From NCBI GenBank assembly GCA_050084515.1, contig CM114271.1, forward strand, positions 9,052,001-9,116,000: a DNA stretch of 64,000 bases, in the 5' to 3' direction. Source of the stretch: Blasia pusilla. Taxonomy: Eukaryota. The notes under the pieces are model-generated. The model did not search any database. It saw only the letters and a program-made list of their open reading frames with translations, and was not told where the DNA came from. Of this stretch, positions 35,233 through 49,088 are shown piece by piece. A program made the position numbers and the translations under genes. Every line of letters starts with the position of its first letter. Position 1 is the stretch's first letter.

Positions 35233-38200
35233 TTCAGTCAGATAATCCAGACGTCAAGGTAGCCCCAGCTCTACTATAACCACCACATCCTCGGCATTAT
35301 CCTTGAAACATGACATGCTGACGTCTAGTACACTCCCCTTAGTAAGATCCACCACCAGTCTCACTTTTGTAATCTAGGAGTTCTTCATTTGTTTGCAATA
35401 CTCCTCAGTCTTCGCAATAAGTATAGAACCTGCTATACACACCATCCACATTCAGAAAAGCATAGCTTTTAGACTTAAGAAATCAAAAGCTTACTACGTG
35501 TTAATTTAATTTGGCATTTCTTTTCACACTTCTAGAGTCAATGATCCCACTGAAAGTAACGTTGGAAGGGATAAATCAATCAACAAAACAATGCCTATGG
35601 ACGGGCCAGTGCCACAAGGCCCTATTTTCAGATCTCGAACACTTCCTCTCACTTCACATTCGGTCAAAAATGGTGTTTTGGAAACCTCCACTGTAGATAA
35701 TCTCGATTACCTCCCGTGCGCAACAATCAAGAGCGAAATGGATGAAGAGATCTACGTGACCGTGCCCTCTTAAACCTTGAAGACACTGATCCAACCCATC
35801 GGATCTATCACAGTTCCAATTTGTGGGATCGACTCAAAAACCAGTAGCCACATTCAAGGCGGAGGAAGGGCGGCCATAAGTTCCATGTGACGACAAACTT
35901 AGGAATGGTTTAAGACGACACCCAACCGGTAAGCTGGAGCACATCGAATAGTATAGCACTCTGGGCTTAAACAATTCTTCTCATCTATGACAGAGATATC
36001 TCCCATCGCTTGGGTTCAACAGCCTGGAATTGCACCACCTTTCTAATATGTTGCTACCGAACGCCCCCATAGTGATGACTCAAAACACCCACGTTAGCGC
36101 CGTTCTCAAAATGAAAGATCTTGCCAGTACCAAGATTCTATCCGTGTTGGATAGTTGAATACTAGACGGGGTTTAGAACTGATGTACAGTTCTCACCCAG
36201 CTGGAACGCATGAAATACAACCAGACCAATCGAAAATCTCCGAGGGAAACCAGACGCGAGAATCGGTGCGATGTGGGAGAAACGATCATGCATAACCAAC
36301 CTAGTAGTGGACTCGACTATCAATTGACAGAAAAGAATCGTAATGGTACATATCACAATATCAGACGTCGTTATCTTGCGGTTGGTTCACCCAAAGCAAG
36401 TCCAGAAATGAAGTTAGAAAATTTTGTCTATGCCACACCAAGAGAAAGAAAGTCATAACAGGATAGCGAGAGAAAACACCATTGAACAAGTGCAGTCGGA
36501 TGTTTTCTAAAGTAGCGGTGAATGCAGAAGCTAATTCCATCGAAGGTCCCTCCACGTACAAAACCTACATCCCTGTCTCGACGAGGAGCAACACATTTAT
36601 ATTGATCCTCCGCAATGGATCCGTTTAAGAATGCGACCAGATCGACACGATCGGAAGGAGCCATCATGTACTTTCCTTGATCTCACGCTCTGCGCGTTAC
36701 AAACTCCGTCGATGATCGTATGGCAAACCACACGAGAACATGCTTTCCTTCCGAAATCACATCGTCTTCCCTTACCCAGGAAATTTCTCTTAAAAAAAAT
36801 CGTAAGTCAAAGGAGTCCTGACCTGTGTACTACTGAAAATCGTGACTGTCTTCATGTCCATGATCGCTGACCGATCGATGCCATTCAACAAACCTTCCTC
36901 CAACTAAAAACGGGGCTGCCAGTTCTAAGATGCCAGTCACAGCGAACAAACTCAAAATCCAGAACCCCCTGCTTATTGTTCTACGTCCCCGATCTCCGTC
37001 AACTCCTTCGGTGACTCGAACCATATTTTCTCATCTCGAAGTTGACCTTGCTGACCTTCAGGTGTTTTTGTGTATCGTCTATCTAGCTCAAAGCTAGATT
37101 TTAAGAGGCTTCCGAAGTCGACCAAAGCGCAGGAAGTCAGCAGATTTCCAAAACCACACCACGAGTCCCACACACCCCGTCGCCTGCGTCCTCTTCCATC
37201 CTCCCTTCGCGAGAAATTCCCATACTCCGACCACACGAAGGACAGCGTATCATCCGTCTTCAACTTTCATGTCGCTCTCCGTTGCTTGAACAACCATCTG
37301 GTTTCAGACCGGCGACAACTGGGCTCACACGAATTAAACTCGCCACTCTTTTCTTCCAGCATTCTCCTTCATCACTTTACTGGTATCTTCACCACCGTCG
37401 ACCAGAGCGTGTGGAACCACAACCGATGAAAAAACTGATCCGCGTTAGCCCGATCCGCACAGGACTGCCATTCTACTAAAAGGCAAAGAAAGTGAAACCA
37501 AGTATTGAAAATCTTCTACGAGCTACTCCTACGAATAGCGGTGACGCACACAACCTTGCCCAAAGTCTTCCGTCTACTTCTACTCTTTCTCGTCCCCTTC
37601 CTCGGAAGAGGCGGCGCCGGGCATCGCCCACCGCCGGAGCAGGAGCAGGATCCCCACGTAGACTTTCTAAGTTTCTCCACTCTATCTAGGTCAATCCAAT
37701 CTCCTCGGTTAGCCTGCCCCCAGTGTCTCCTGTTTTCCCTGTTAAGGAAATTGGGACGCGAGTGAATCAACACCATTCACATCACTACCTTCTTCGCAAT
37801 ATCAGTACCGTACTCTACCGCTGTTGACCCTATGGTCCCCCTTCCCCACGCACACTTTTCCTTGTTTTTTCCTCCCCATGAACGACGCACGCATTCTTCA
37901 AAATGCTCTACTTTTGAGGAATACCAGCCGTCAGGCCCGTCACAACCCAACCTGCGGAGTCAGCTCACCCCGCCAAAATCAAAATACCCTCTCACTCGCC
38001 TGGCATTCTACTCTTCAGAACCCGCATCGAAATCGTCGCTAACCAGCGCACTCCTCTCGCTATGTTAGACATTTTCCTCACTGTATCGTCACTGTCGTTA
38101 TGGTTTTCTCTCTCTCCGCCACCGGGGGCCCCACGCGCTCTCTCCCACTTTAACCGGTCCGTATTCTCCCTCTTTACACCCTAGCCCCGGTCTACCGTTA

Positions 38201-38479
38201 TCCATCCATGTCTTGTCCCGGATTACCCGCACCCCACCCAATCCTACGGCCAAGAATAGGAGGTGTCAAAGATCTCCCGTAAAGGGCGTTCTTTGCCACC
38301 CAGGACCCAACCCAAAAAGGACCCCACTTTATGGCAACTGATAGTGAATGCCACACCCAAGGTATCATGTGCCTACTCCCTTGGAACACGGATCTTATAT
38401 CGTGCAAGATTGCATTCAGTAAGTCACGCTCTTCTTGTTGATCTACATCCAAACACACTCATATTAGTCATTGTTTGGG

Positions 38480-38875
38480 TTAACTAACTTCACATCTCTT
38501 GAGTCTTTGACCATCTTTCAATCTCAACAAATCTAGGCGGATCAAATATCGATCCAATCCCTCACTTCCCAACAGAGGCAAGTCCTTCAAGATTTGGGAT
38601 AAACTTCCTTGATAGTCTAGGAACCTACAACGGTGTTACTACTCCTGACAGTCCCAACTGCCCAATGGACCTCGAACGAGTCTCTAACCAGGACTCAATA
38701 TCTAAGTCACATATCTAGGTCCAAGGTTGGTGTCCATAACTAACCAAGGTGGATTTGGTTTGCTATCAAATCCTGAAGCCAATTTCTAGATCCATCTCGT
38801 TCCCTTGGTTCACCTTTATGGTTCTTCAAGGTGGGGTTCAGGTTCCAAACACCCTTGGAGACCCTCCCCCTTATA
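38480..38875 (-). mobile_element. Degenerate family A LTR fragment
   Basis: Similar to ~24860-25170 and ~29910-30240. Confidence 0.55.
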
Positions 38876-40735
38876 TAACCCCAACAACACAATGAGTGGA
38901 ACTCAACGCAAAGCCGAAAGGGGTCCCATACTTGAAGTCAGTGAACGCCAAAGTGATTTGTTACAATTGTGGTGAACCCAGGCACATGGCTAAGGGATGT
39001 TTGAAGCCCAAGGTTAGTAAACTGAGTATGATTGTGTTTTTTGCTAAGCACTTATCGGCGGGAGGTCTAGAGACATCTCTCTAAGTCACCAAGAGGACAC
39101 CCAATTTGGTTTATCTAGGATCCAAGATCGCTGATCGCGATGTGATGTTGCTCGTTGATACAAGTACTTCGCACTCCTTCTTGAGTCCGAAAATCATGAA
39201 GGCGTTGGGGTTATCGACTACTAAGGCGGACGAACCCATTAGGATGGGTTTTGCGGGAGGCAAGTCCCACCAGACCTCAGAGTTGGTTTTAGGGCTAACT
39301 CTGGGATGTGGAGTATTCAAGTTGGAGGAGAACTTCACAATGTGAGACATGGACAGAATCGATGGAGTCTTGGGGAACACGTTTTTGGATGCGTATGAGG
39401 TGGAATTGAGGCAAAGACCTTTGAGGTTGAGCGTCTTGGTTAAAGGAAAACGGTTGCATGTCAAGTTGGTTTGTAAGGCTCCTATGAAGACGGATTTGGT
39501 GAACGCCATTACGAGGAGGAGTTTGACCAAGTTAGATGATGGGCTTCTTTGCTTGATGAGACAAGTAGAGGACAATGCAGGCGCGAGACGCTGAGAGCAG
39601 GACTCAGCTTCAAGGAAAATCCTTGAAACACTCAAGAGAGTAGTGAAGGAATTTGGCGATGTATTAATGAAGGAGCTTCTGACTGAGTTGCCACCACATA
39701 GGGTGGTCGGCTTGAGTCTTCCATGGAAAAGAGTGAGTTCGGGTTTACCAAGATCAAGTTATTCGGTCATGTGATTAGCGCACATGGAGTAAGTCCAAAC
39801 ATGGAGAAGGTGAGAGTGATTTCCGAATGGGAACCGCCTTCCACCGTGAAGAGGATGAGGACGTTCATCGGAGCGGTCCAATTTTACCGGATTTGCATGA
39901 AGAACTTTTCAAGAATAGTGAAACCTCTCACATATTGGACCGCAAAGTTTGCCAACACTACATGGACCCAGAAGGTGGATGAGGCGTTTAACCGAGTTAA
40001 GGAGATCTTATTGCAGGAACCAATTCTGAAGATTCCAGAATTTGGCAAACCATTTGAGGTGCACACTGATGCTAGTGATTTCGAGATTGCAAGAATGTTG
40101 GTGCAAAAAGGGAGACCTATAGCATATAAGAGCAAGAATCTTAGCAACACCGAAAGAAGATGGCCCACTCATAAGAAAGAATTGTTCGCATTGGTTTACT
40201 TTTTGAGGAAGTGGCGTCACTATTTGGGACTTCACAAGACTCAAGTATTCACCGATAACATTTTTCTCAAGTATTTTGAGACCTAGGATTGCGTGACACC
40301 GAAGCAACTTTGATGCCATGATACCTTGGCATTAATGAATGTGGAACTAATCCACAAGCCATGGAAGGATAATGTCATTCCATATGCATTGAGTTGTAGG
40401 TATGAGCATATGCCATCGATGACACAAGTCTTGAGAGCAATGTTCCTTAAAGAAACAGATCTCGAGAGAAGGATTCGTGAAGGATACATGAAGGATGGGC
40501 AAGCAAGTGAGTACCTAGGGAAGTTGAAGCAGGGCAAGAAGGTGGCCAACATAAGTTTGAGGCATGGTTTGCTCAGGTTTAAGTAGAGCAAGATCTATGG
40601 CAGGCTATCCAAGGCACGCTATGGACCAAGGTGTTCGTGGAATGTCATGACGGACCTTTGACGGGACATAACGGGGAGAAATCCACGCTTGGTGTCTTGA
40701 CCAAGAGGTTCTTCAGACCCAACATGAAAGAAGAT

Positions 40736-42032
40736 TGTAATGTACAAGAAGTTAAATAATTGATCTTTTTACAATAATTTAATGAGTTTGATCCCCAAGA
40801 GGATCACGATTATGTGAAAAGAGAGTTCAAGATGACTTTATCTTGCAATAGTTGTACTTAAGTGTTTACAATTCTGATTCAATCACTTATCAGTGTATTC
40901 TTCTCTCTATTAGTACCAATATTTCTTTCCTCGATTCTCTCCAGTGGAATTGAAATCACGCTCAGATGGATCTTCACTCAACATCAAAGAACCTCAAAGA
41001 GACCTGAACAAGAAGCTGACTTCTCCTACTTTTGGAACTCAATCCGTCTAGGCAGGCTACTCTCTGTCAAACAGATTTCTTACAACTCCGTGTTGATTAT
41101 TCTAATGATGGAAGTGTTCTCCTGATTCACTCTTCACTCTGCAAACCCAATAAGAATCTCAGACATAGGCATCGTGCATCAGAATGAAGAAATGAATGCT
41201 TTACTACTCCATCAAGAATTAGAAAGCTTCAAAGTGTTATACAAGCTCGAGAGAGTACTACTCCCTTGCTCGGACCATCCCTACAACATATGGACTTCGT
41301 GAAAGAATGATGATGATAGCTACTTTCATGCTTCTTAAATATCTTCCGAGGCAGTATTAGGTCCAAAGATCTGAAGCATCTCTTACGAATCTAGTGTCTA
41401 TTGAGAGTTTATAACTACCTTAATCTACGGTTCTCTTATCTTTTCCTATGACCGCTATGAATCCGCTGAGCATAACTGTCCTAACTTCCTATCTGGTCCA
41501 AAAAATCATGCCTCTTCCTAGTCTAACTACTCTAACGATGTTTTGCTTGAAATCACTTCGAGTCTTAGCTTTGCTTCGCTGCTAAGTCTGGACTTCTTCT
41601 TCTTCCCTTGAGGACGAAGCTCTTCCTAAGGACGAAGCGCTGCATTCTTCGCTCTTGTTCCAGATGCTTTGTTCTTCGTGCTTCGCTGAAGAGCGAAGTA
41701 ATTCTTCCTCTTCTTCTTCATCGAGCTTCGTTCAAGAGCAAAGCACTTCATAAACGGGTTCTTAATAAGGATTTGTTGTCTTTTCCAAGCTTCGCTCTTA
41801 GTTTTTAGACTTCGTTACCGTATTTCCATCTCCTCTAAGGCAAATCCTTGATTTTCCACCTCTCTGCCTTGTCCTAGGAGCTTTGTGATCAATTTCAATA
41901 TAACTCATTCTTCCAATTTCACAAACATAATATCTAAAAAAATCTTATATGTACAATCTTCACTTCATAGAATTTGTATTCCTTGAATCAAAATGTATAA
42001 ATCTCTAAAAGTAAAAAATTGTGGGTATCACA
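40736..42032 (-). mobile_element. Solo LTR (family C, LTR of the element at 1213-5048)
   Basis: TG...CA termini with a perfect 5-bp TSD AAGAT at 40731-40735 and 42033-42037. Confidence 0.9.
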
Positions 42033-42631
42033 AAGATGTTGCTAAATATGTAAAGACTTGCATGACTTGTTAGGAAAACACAATTTCTTATGCGAAGAAA
42101 CAAGGCTTACTTCATCCTTTTATGATTCTTGAAGGACCTTTGCAAAGTATAAGCATGGATTTCATTACGAGTCTTCCAGGGTTTGAGAGAAACAATGCTA
42201 TACTTGTGATTTTTGATTCATCAAGTTGGGGAAGTTTGTGCCAAAGGTAGAGTCCGCAACGGCCTACACGACTTCTCGACTATTCCTGGATGGCAAGTGG
42301 CTAAGCATGGATGAGTACTACTACAACTCAACCAAGCATTATGCAACTAGAGAATCTCCGTTTCTTCTTGCGTATGACGAGAACGAGAAGGGCCTCTTGA
42401 CTTGGCCCTTCCGAAGGGCGCTACATCGGCACACACCCGACAAGTAACGACGGAAAGTTTTTTAGTGGAGATGCAAGAATGACAAGAGCGAGCGAGAAGA
42501 AGTTTTGCCAAGGCTCAACTAAGGTATGTTAAGCATGCTAACAAGAGTCGGTGCCAAGTGAGTTTCTAAGTAGAGGAGCAAGTGTGGTTGAGTGTAAGGA
42601 ATCTCACTCTTCCAAAGGGTTTGTCTGCAAA

Positions 42632-43655
42632 TATCGCAACCCTCATGACCAAACACACACCAAATAGACGTCAAGCAAAACATCAACACTTTAGTGTGCT
42701 CACGCTACAATGATTGCGCTTTGAAGAGATCTCTTGGAAAAGCCCAAGAGACAAAACACACAAGAGAGTTTTTGTGTTTCATGCATTTATGGTGGTGACC
42801 AAGAAACCTGAACCAAACTAGAACCAAGACATGAGATGAGTTGACTCTAGGAAAGTTGGTTGCCAAAGAGGTAAGAACCAGATTTGGAACGCGACTAGCT
42901 TTTGGGGATTTTGATCGTGTTTCAGACCATAATGTTAAGTCCTAAGATGCATTTAGGACAAGTAAGAAGGCGTTGGAAAGCTTATGCCGAGAAAATTACA
43001 ACACACCAAAGATCTCAAAAAAACTCAAGCAAAGCTTGAGATATTTTCCGAAAATGACTATAAGAGGAATCGGGTGAGGGCCAATTTGAGGGACCCGACT
43101 ATCTTTCCCTAAATTTAGGGGGGCAAAGATCCTTAGAAGTACTAGTAAGGGGGAGTATCCCCAAGGATTCTTGGAACCTAAATCCCACTTTGAGTGCCAA
43201 ACGATGTCTCAAGGGCACGGGATGGAACGGGAGTTTGGCGTTGGAACTCGAAACCCAAACCCGATCCAAGGAGTGGATTTTGTAAGCCACACTTGGATTC
43301 CAACCCGAGACTCATTTTTGTGAGTTGCGGTTAGGGACTCATTGGATGTCCATTGGAAATTTGGGACCGCCAGGCGTGCAAACGCCATTTGAGGTTCCTG
43401 AATTGACCAGAAAGTATGTCCCAAGTCTTGAGAGACTTGCATGTGTTGTAAACTATGAAACTAGGAAGGTTGAGCTTGATGAGAGGCGGAGTCGAGAACT
43501 CGGAAAGGTAGAACGATGATTGACCCAGACTCGACTAACGTGAGTGCGTGTTTGGGTGCAGATCAAGATTGAGAGCGTGTCCTTCTAAATGCACGCTTCC
43601 GTAACACTAAAGATTTACGCTCAAGGAGAGTAGGCTCGAGAGTAGGCGCACGACA
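42632..43655 (+). mobile_element. Solo LTR of family A inserted in the integrase of its own family
   Basis: Reverse complement of 29740-30747. Imperfect TSD GCAAA/TCAAA; flanks rejoin LSAKLSAKYVGPY. Confidence 0.8.
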
Positions 43656-43874
43656 TCAAAGTTGTCAGCCAAGTATGTTGGACCATATGTGATCAAGGCA
43701 AAGCCGTTTGAGGATATGTGTATATTGGAGCTACCACAAGAGTTCAAGATTCCCTCGACTTTCCATGTGTCATTATTGAAGAAGTTTCTTCAAGATAAAT
43801 TACCGCCAAAGTGGAGAATAGAGTTGAGACCACAACCGGTCATTGCAAATGAGGAACCAAAGTTTGAGGTACAG

Positions 43875-45680
43875 TTCTGATGTAGCCCTCCTCCAAGAGC
43901 TCACTTAATTGCTTGCTCGACTCATCAAGTTTTTCTTGACTCAATCTGTATGGGGCCCTTGAAGGTGGTTGAGACCCTAGGATGACCTCTATCTTATGAT
44001 TGAGTGCCCTATGCGGTGGCAACTCATTCGGAAGCTCATTCGTCAAGACATCACCAAATTCCTTTACTACTCTCTGAAGCAGGTATGGGCATCTCCTCAA
44101 AGATGAGTCTTGATCTCCATGTGTCTCACTTGTAGTCTCCTCCACTTGTCTACTCAAACAGAGAAACCCATCTTCTAGTTCGGTCAAACTCCTCCTTGTA
44201 ATGGCGTTCACCAACTCCTTTTTCACGGGAACCGTACAAACCAATCTCATCTGTAACCATTTTCCTTTCACTAAGACGCTCAACCTCAATGGACTTTGTC
44301 ATAGCTCCACCTCACACACATCCAAGAATGTCTTCCCCCGGACTCCATCAATTCTATCCATCTTGCACACAATGAAATTCTCCTTCAAGTTGAATACTCC
44401 GCATCCAAAGGTTAGTCCCATGATTACCCCTAAAGTTCGATGAGACTTGCCTCAAGAAAAGCCTACTCAGATGGATTTGCCTGCCTTAGTGGTTGACAAA
44501 CCCAACTCCTTTACGATTCTCAGACTCGAGAAGGAGTGCAAAGCACTTATATCAACGAGCAACATCACATCACATCGCGATCAACAATCTTGGATCTTAG
44601 ATACACCAAATTGGCCGTCCTCTTGGTGACTTGAAGGGATGTCTCCAAACCTCTCATCGACAAGTGCTTAGCAGCAAACGCAATCATACTCCCATTACTA
44701 ACCTTCAGCTTTGAGTATCCTTTTGCCATATGCCCAAGTTTGCCACAATTGTAGCGTATTACCTTGCCGTTTCCCAACTTTGGGTATTGCCCTCCCTCCG
44801 GCTTTGCTGTTGGGGTAAGAGACTCCCCTTGGTCATACTCACCCCACTCCAAAACCGCTTGGATGCCCCCTTGTTTTTTGGTAACTTAGAAAAACTTTTC
44901 TGCTCGACCTTAAGGGACTTTGGAATTGGACCTCATCGTCCCCTATCCGCTCCGCCGGCTTCAAAAGTTCTGCGCACGTCTTTGGTTGCTCTGGTAGGAA
45001 GAGGTCCTTTTCTATGTTAGGCTTAAGTCCACAGAAGAAGATCACCTTCTTCGCAAACTCATCCATCTTTGGAAGCGAGTTCATTTTCGCATTGAACTCC
45101 CGCACATAAGTGCTAAGAGACCCACTTTGACGCAGCCGTACGAACTCTGCGCCATCACGAAACTCCTTGTACTCCGAAGCAAATTGGTTGCCAAACAACA
45201 CCTTGAACTCCTCCCAACTCATAGATGTTCCAAGGCCTAGATGTTCTCTGCGATGAGCCATCCACCATTGGAGTGTGTGATCCTTTAGGAAGGGAACCTC
45301 CATGGTCAACTTGTCTTGCTCTTCTTCCCTTTGTGCCTCAAAGTAAAGTAACAGTTCTATCAAGAACTCGTCCACCTTCTTAGACCACCCCATTTCCTTG
45401 AATGGCGTTGGAAAATTTGTCTCACAAAGCTTCTTGTTGAAGCTAGAAGGTCTGTCCGACTCGAGCCCAAAAATCCGCTTACTCTGCTAGGACATCTGCT
45501 CAATCATCAACTTCGTCAAGTCCATCATTTGGACATACAGCGTCGGGTCACTTGAGTTTGGAAGCGAAGGCCTCGTGGAAGGATTCCCATGTGGGACATC
45601 CTCATGAATAAAGCTTGGAACCTCAAATATCAACATCTCCTCCTCTGGCTCTTAGTCCGACATCGGTTCGTCTCCCAGCT
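43875..45680 (-). mobile_element. Gypsy family A gag-protease-RT start, decayed
   Basis: FLKDHTLQWW...LRQSGSLSTYVREF; RYNCGKLGHMAKG; ELPPHRALNHKIEVILGSQPPSRAPYRLS. Confidence 0.85.
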
Positions 45681-45687
45681 TTAGTCG

Positions 45688-45830
45688 CACTAGGAGGAAT
45701 ATGGTGCTTTTAGCACTAAGTCACTTACAACTAAAGGTCAATAGCACTAAAATACAACTACATGTAACTTAAGTGGCCTATGTGGCAGACTGTAGTATCA
45801 CTTCGTTACTAAGAATGACTAAAGGGTGTG
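45688..45830 (+). mobile_element. Possible CACTA terminal sequence
   Basis: CACTAGGAGGAA lies at the point where Gypsy similarity stops, followed by repeated (G)CACTAA/GACTAA motifs. No partner end seen. Confidence 0.3.
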
Positions 45831-46674
45831 ACATGGTTTTTCTTATTATAATTGATAAAATAAAATTCTTATAAATTGATGACATATCATTATAAAATGA
45901 CTAGATTAGTGCAAAATAATTAACATGTGGCACTTATGATAGAAATTAACTAATAAAAAAAGAAATTTTAATCCATAATAAGGCATGTGAAAATAAGACT
46001 AGAATAATTATTCCAAGTTGGCGTATGAGACCCTAATTAATTATGCCACAATATTTGATATTTTTCCTCCTTCCTATTTGCAATGTGTGATTTTTCCCGC
46101 AATCTTGGATCCCTTTTCCCGCGTGCACAAGCTATAGGTTAAATCGAGGTTCTTGAGAGCCGCTTGAAGAAGCACTAGCGCGCCGTAATGTAAGTGGAGG
46201 TGAGGTGGATGAGTGCCACTTGCTATTGTTGTAAGATCAATGCAATTGTTGGAGTAAGATCAATGCAAGCGCCAGAGTAGGACAAGACGAGAGCAAGAGG
46301 AGTGGTCGCAAGAGTTGAGGTGAGGAGCGGCAAAAGCAAGTTGTTATTAGGTGTTGTTGTGATATCGTTGTTGTTGTTTGCATTTTGTTCTTCATGGCGC
46401 ATGAAATGGAGGACATAGGACTTCCAAGATGAGGGGAATAAGAAGGTGTACATTGGCAAGTTGGAATAAAATCTCTTGGCATTTGACACTTCATTGAATC
46501 TACTATCAAGACCTTTGGGTTCACAAGAAAAAATGTGGATATGGTGGTGGCATGGTGGGAGCATGGGGTGACAGATGCCGCCAAGATTGCTATCGGTAGG
46601 AAATTGATAGTATGCGGCACAATCGTCAAATGGTGGTCCTTGGAACTCAAGGCCATTGCCAAATGAATGAAAGT

Positions 46675-48167
46675 TGTAGTGCCCATGTTTTTGAAATTTT
46701 GACAGAAAGATCAAGTTTTGTACACAAGTCTTCCTTGAGCAAGGATTAAAGACTCAAGACCGGAAGTAAAGAGCCTTACTTTACTGAAATTGTGTGAAGA
46801 GTGACTGACAGAACTCTGACGAGAGGATAAGAGATGTCAAGAGATTAAGGATTGTCTTGGAAGAGTGATAATTGTGTAAAAGAGGGAAAAGAAGCTAGAA
46901 GAAGAAGTATGGATGCTTCGTAATAAAAGACCGCAGTAAGAACAGTAGTGAAGACTATCGACAAAGACTAGGAAAAGCTTCTTTATAAAGAAGACTGAAG
47001 ATAGTCTTTGGGCGAAGAGTGGGTACAAAGAACAAAGAGCAAAGACCCAAGAGCAAAGACTAAGAACTCTAAGAAGGAAGAGGAAGAAGTAGAAGAAGTT
47101 AAAGAGTCTTTAGGAAGTGGAAAAGTGTATTAAGAATAGAGATAGAAAGATAGGAAATGTTTTGAAGGCATTGGAGTTAAAGAAAGTAGAAAGGAGGACT
47201 CTTTGCGGCGGCGGAAGGATAAGAGTCTTTGCGCGAAGATAGGATCGTGAAGATAAGACTACAAAGACTGCGATGAGCACGAAGACTGTGAAGATTGAAT
47301 CGTCGCGGAAGTTTCTGTAGCCAAAATTGGAAGTACGCAGCGGTTAAGAGGGAGCAGAAATGAAACGCCAAGGCAACCAACCGACTTAGGAAGGTGGAGG
47401 GTTGGAGAATTTGAATAGAGTAGGTTAGGATTGGTAGTTAGAAATCTAGATTAGAATAGGAAGATCAATCAGAAATTGTAAAGACTATTTAAAGAGTAAA
47501 TCTAAAGAAGAAGGGATCATTCCCTTGTGTCTTGAATTCCCCAATACTGTTCCGTGTATCTCGAGTTTACCAACAGTCTTGGTGGGTTGTGTAAGAAGTT
47601 GTATTGAGGGATGATCCAAGCTGAAGAGTCTTTTACTTTCGAAGCTTGTAATACTTTTCTAGTTCTTTCCACTCTTTGATGCAGAAGAAGAGTCTTCTCT
47701 CATTCTTTTTGATGTGCGTAGTTGAGTGTGCAGTCTTATTGGGCTGCAGTAGAGATGAGAGTTGAGTCTTGTAGTTTCAGAATTCCAGAAGATAATCAGG
47801 AAGAAGCGTAGGAAAGTTGTTAGACAGTGAGTAACCTGCCATGATAGATTTAGTTTTGAAAGTAAGGTGAAGCGCCATTCTTGAGGTCTCTTTGAGGTCT
47901 TTGTGGAGCTACGTTATTCAAGATTCGCAAGAGTCTTCGTGTGCACTTGAGATGAGTCTTTTCTGAGAGGAAAGAAAAAAAACCTTTTATTCTTTTGTAC
48001 TTGTAAGACAGTGTTGTCGTTGTTAGTGAAGCATTTTAGTGAAGAAGGAGTTTATTCTTGATATTCTTTATAAAACCTCTCTTTACTCAGGAAACAATGG
48101 TCTCTTGGGAACAAACTTAGTACTTTGCGATAGAAAGAGTATCTTTTTCCTAGAGTTGTACATTACA
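46675..48167 (+). mobile_element. Solo LTR, family B
   Basis: TGTAGTGCCC...GTACATTACA; reverse complement of 23185-24737. Confidence 0.85.
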
Positions 48168-48629
48168 GAAGCTTATGTAAAATGTGCCAAAGCCAAGCAC
48201 AATGCATCCTTATGGGCGAAATATGTGGCCTTGTGTAAGGAAACATGTCTTCTCGTGCGCATGCACAAGAAGAAATTGAACCAGACGACATACTCATCCA
48301 TCAATGAGAATTTCGCTGAGAATAAGAAAAAAATTTGGATGGAAGTGCAAAAATTGAGCAAGGCCATGGATAAAAATGATGTAAAGGCCCTGAAGAGAAA
48401 AGACGGTGGAATGGTGACTACTGATAAAAAAATCCGACATGTGTTGGAAGACCTTTACAAGGAGTTAGGAAGGAAGCCCCCTCGGCCATCCCTTGAAGAG
48501 CAAAACTTTGAGAGAGTGGTGGAGGATTTTATTAAGATACAACATGAGAAGGTAGATGATGAGGTTGAGTTGGGCAACCCATATAACAATTGGTTATCCG
48601 TGGCTGAGGTGGGAGCATCGCTATCCTAA
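48168..48629 (+). pseudogene. LINE ORF2-like fragment (endonuclease-RT linker)
   Basis: NKKKIWMEVQKL...LKRKDGGMVTTDKKIRHVLEDLYKEL. Confidence 0.5.
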
Positions 48630-49088
48630 AGAGTTGATGGGGAAAACTTGGACACAAAGAAGACCCTAAAAGGAGGCCAAATCTTGAACGAAAAAGGTTC
48701 AAGAGATTGTGCAAGCAACCAAGCTCCCAGCAGGGCCTGAACTGTGGGAGCAAGATGAGAAAGCATTTGTGGATACCATAACCAAAGTAGTGGGCAAAAA
48801 CTCAAAGCAGAACAACATGGAGGAAGCCATGAAAATGTCTTACCTCTCTCTCTCTAGATGATATATCCGGAGAAGGCAGAATTGAAGAACTATTTTCGGG
48901 GAAACCCTTGCTTGGGAACTGCACTCAAGTTCAAGTTTAAGATCGGGTAGATCCCCTTGAACCATAAGTAGGATGGGAATACAAATAAACTCTTGCGCCT
49001 TGTGTGACGATGGGGACAAAACCTCTAGTCATTACTTGTTCTCCTACGCAAAATTCACAACACATATAGCAAGAGCATATGTTGATAT

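Larger units (their letters stand above)
38880..43870 (+). mobile_element. Decayed Gypsy (chromovirus-like, family A) internal region: zinc knuckle, protease, RT end/RNase H, integrase; carries two nested solo LTRs
   Basis: CYNCGEPRHMAKGC; LLVDTSTSHSF; KPFEVHTDASDFEI...KELFALV...KWRHYL; SISMDFITSLP; KYVGPY...TFHVSLLKK. Confidence 0.88.
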
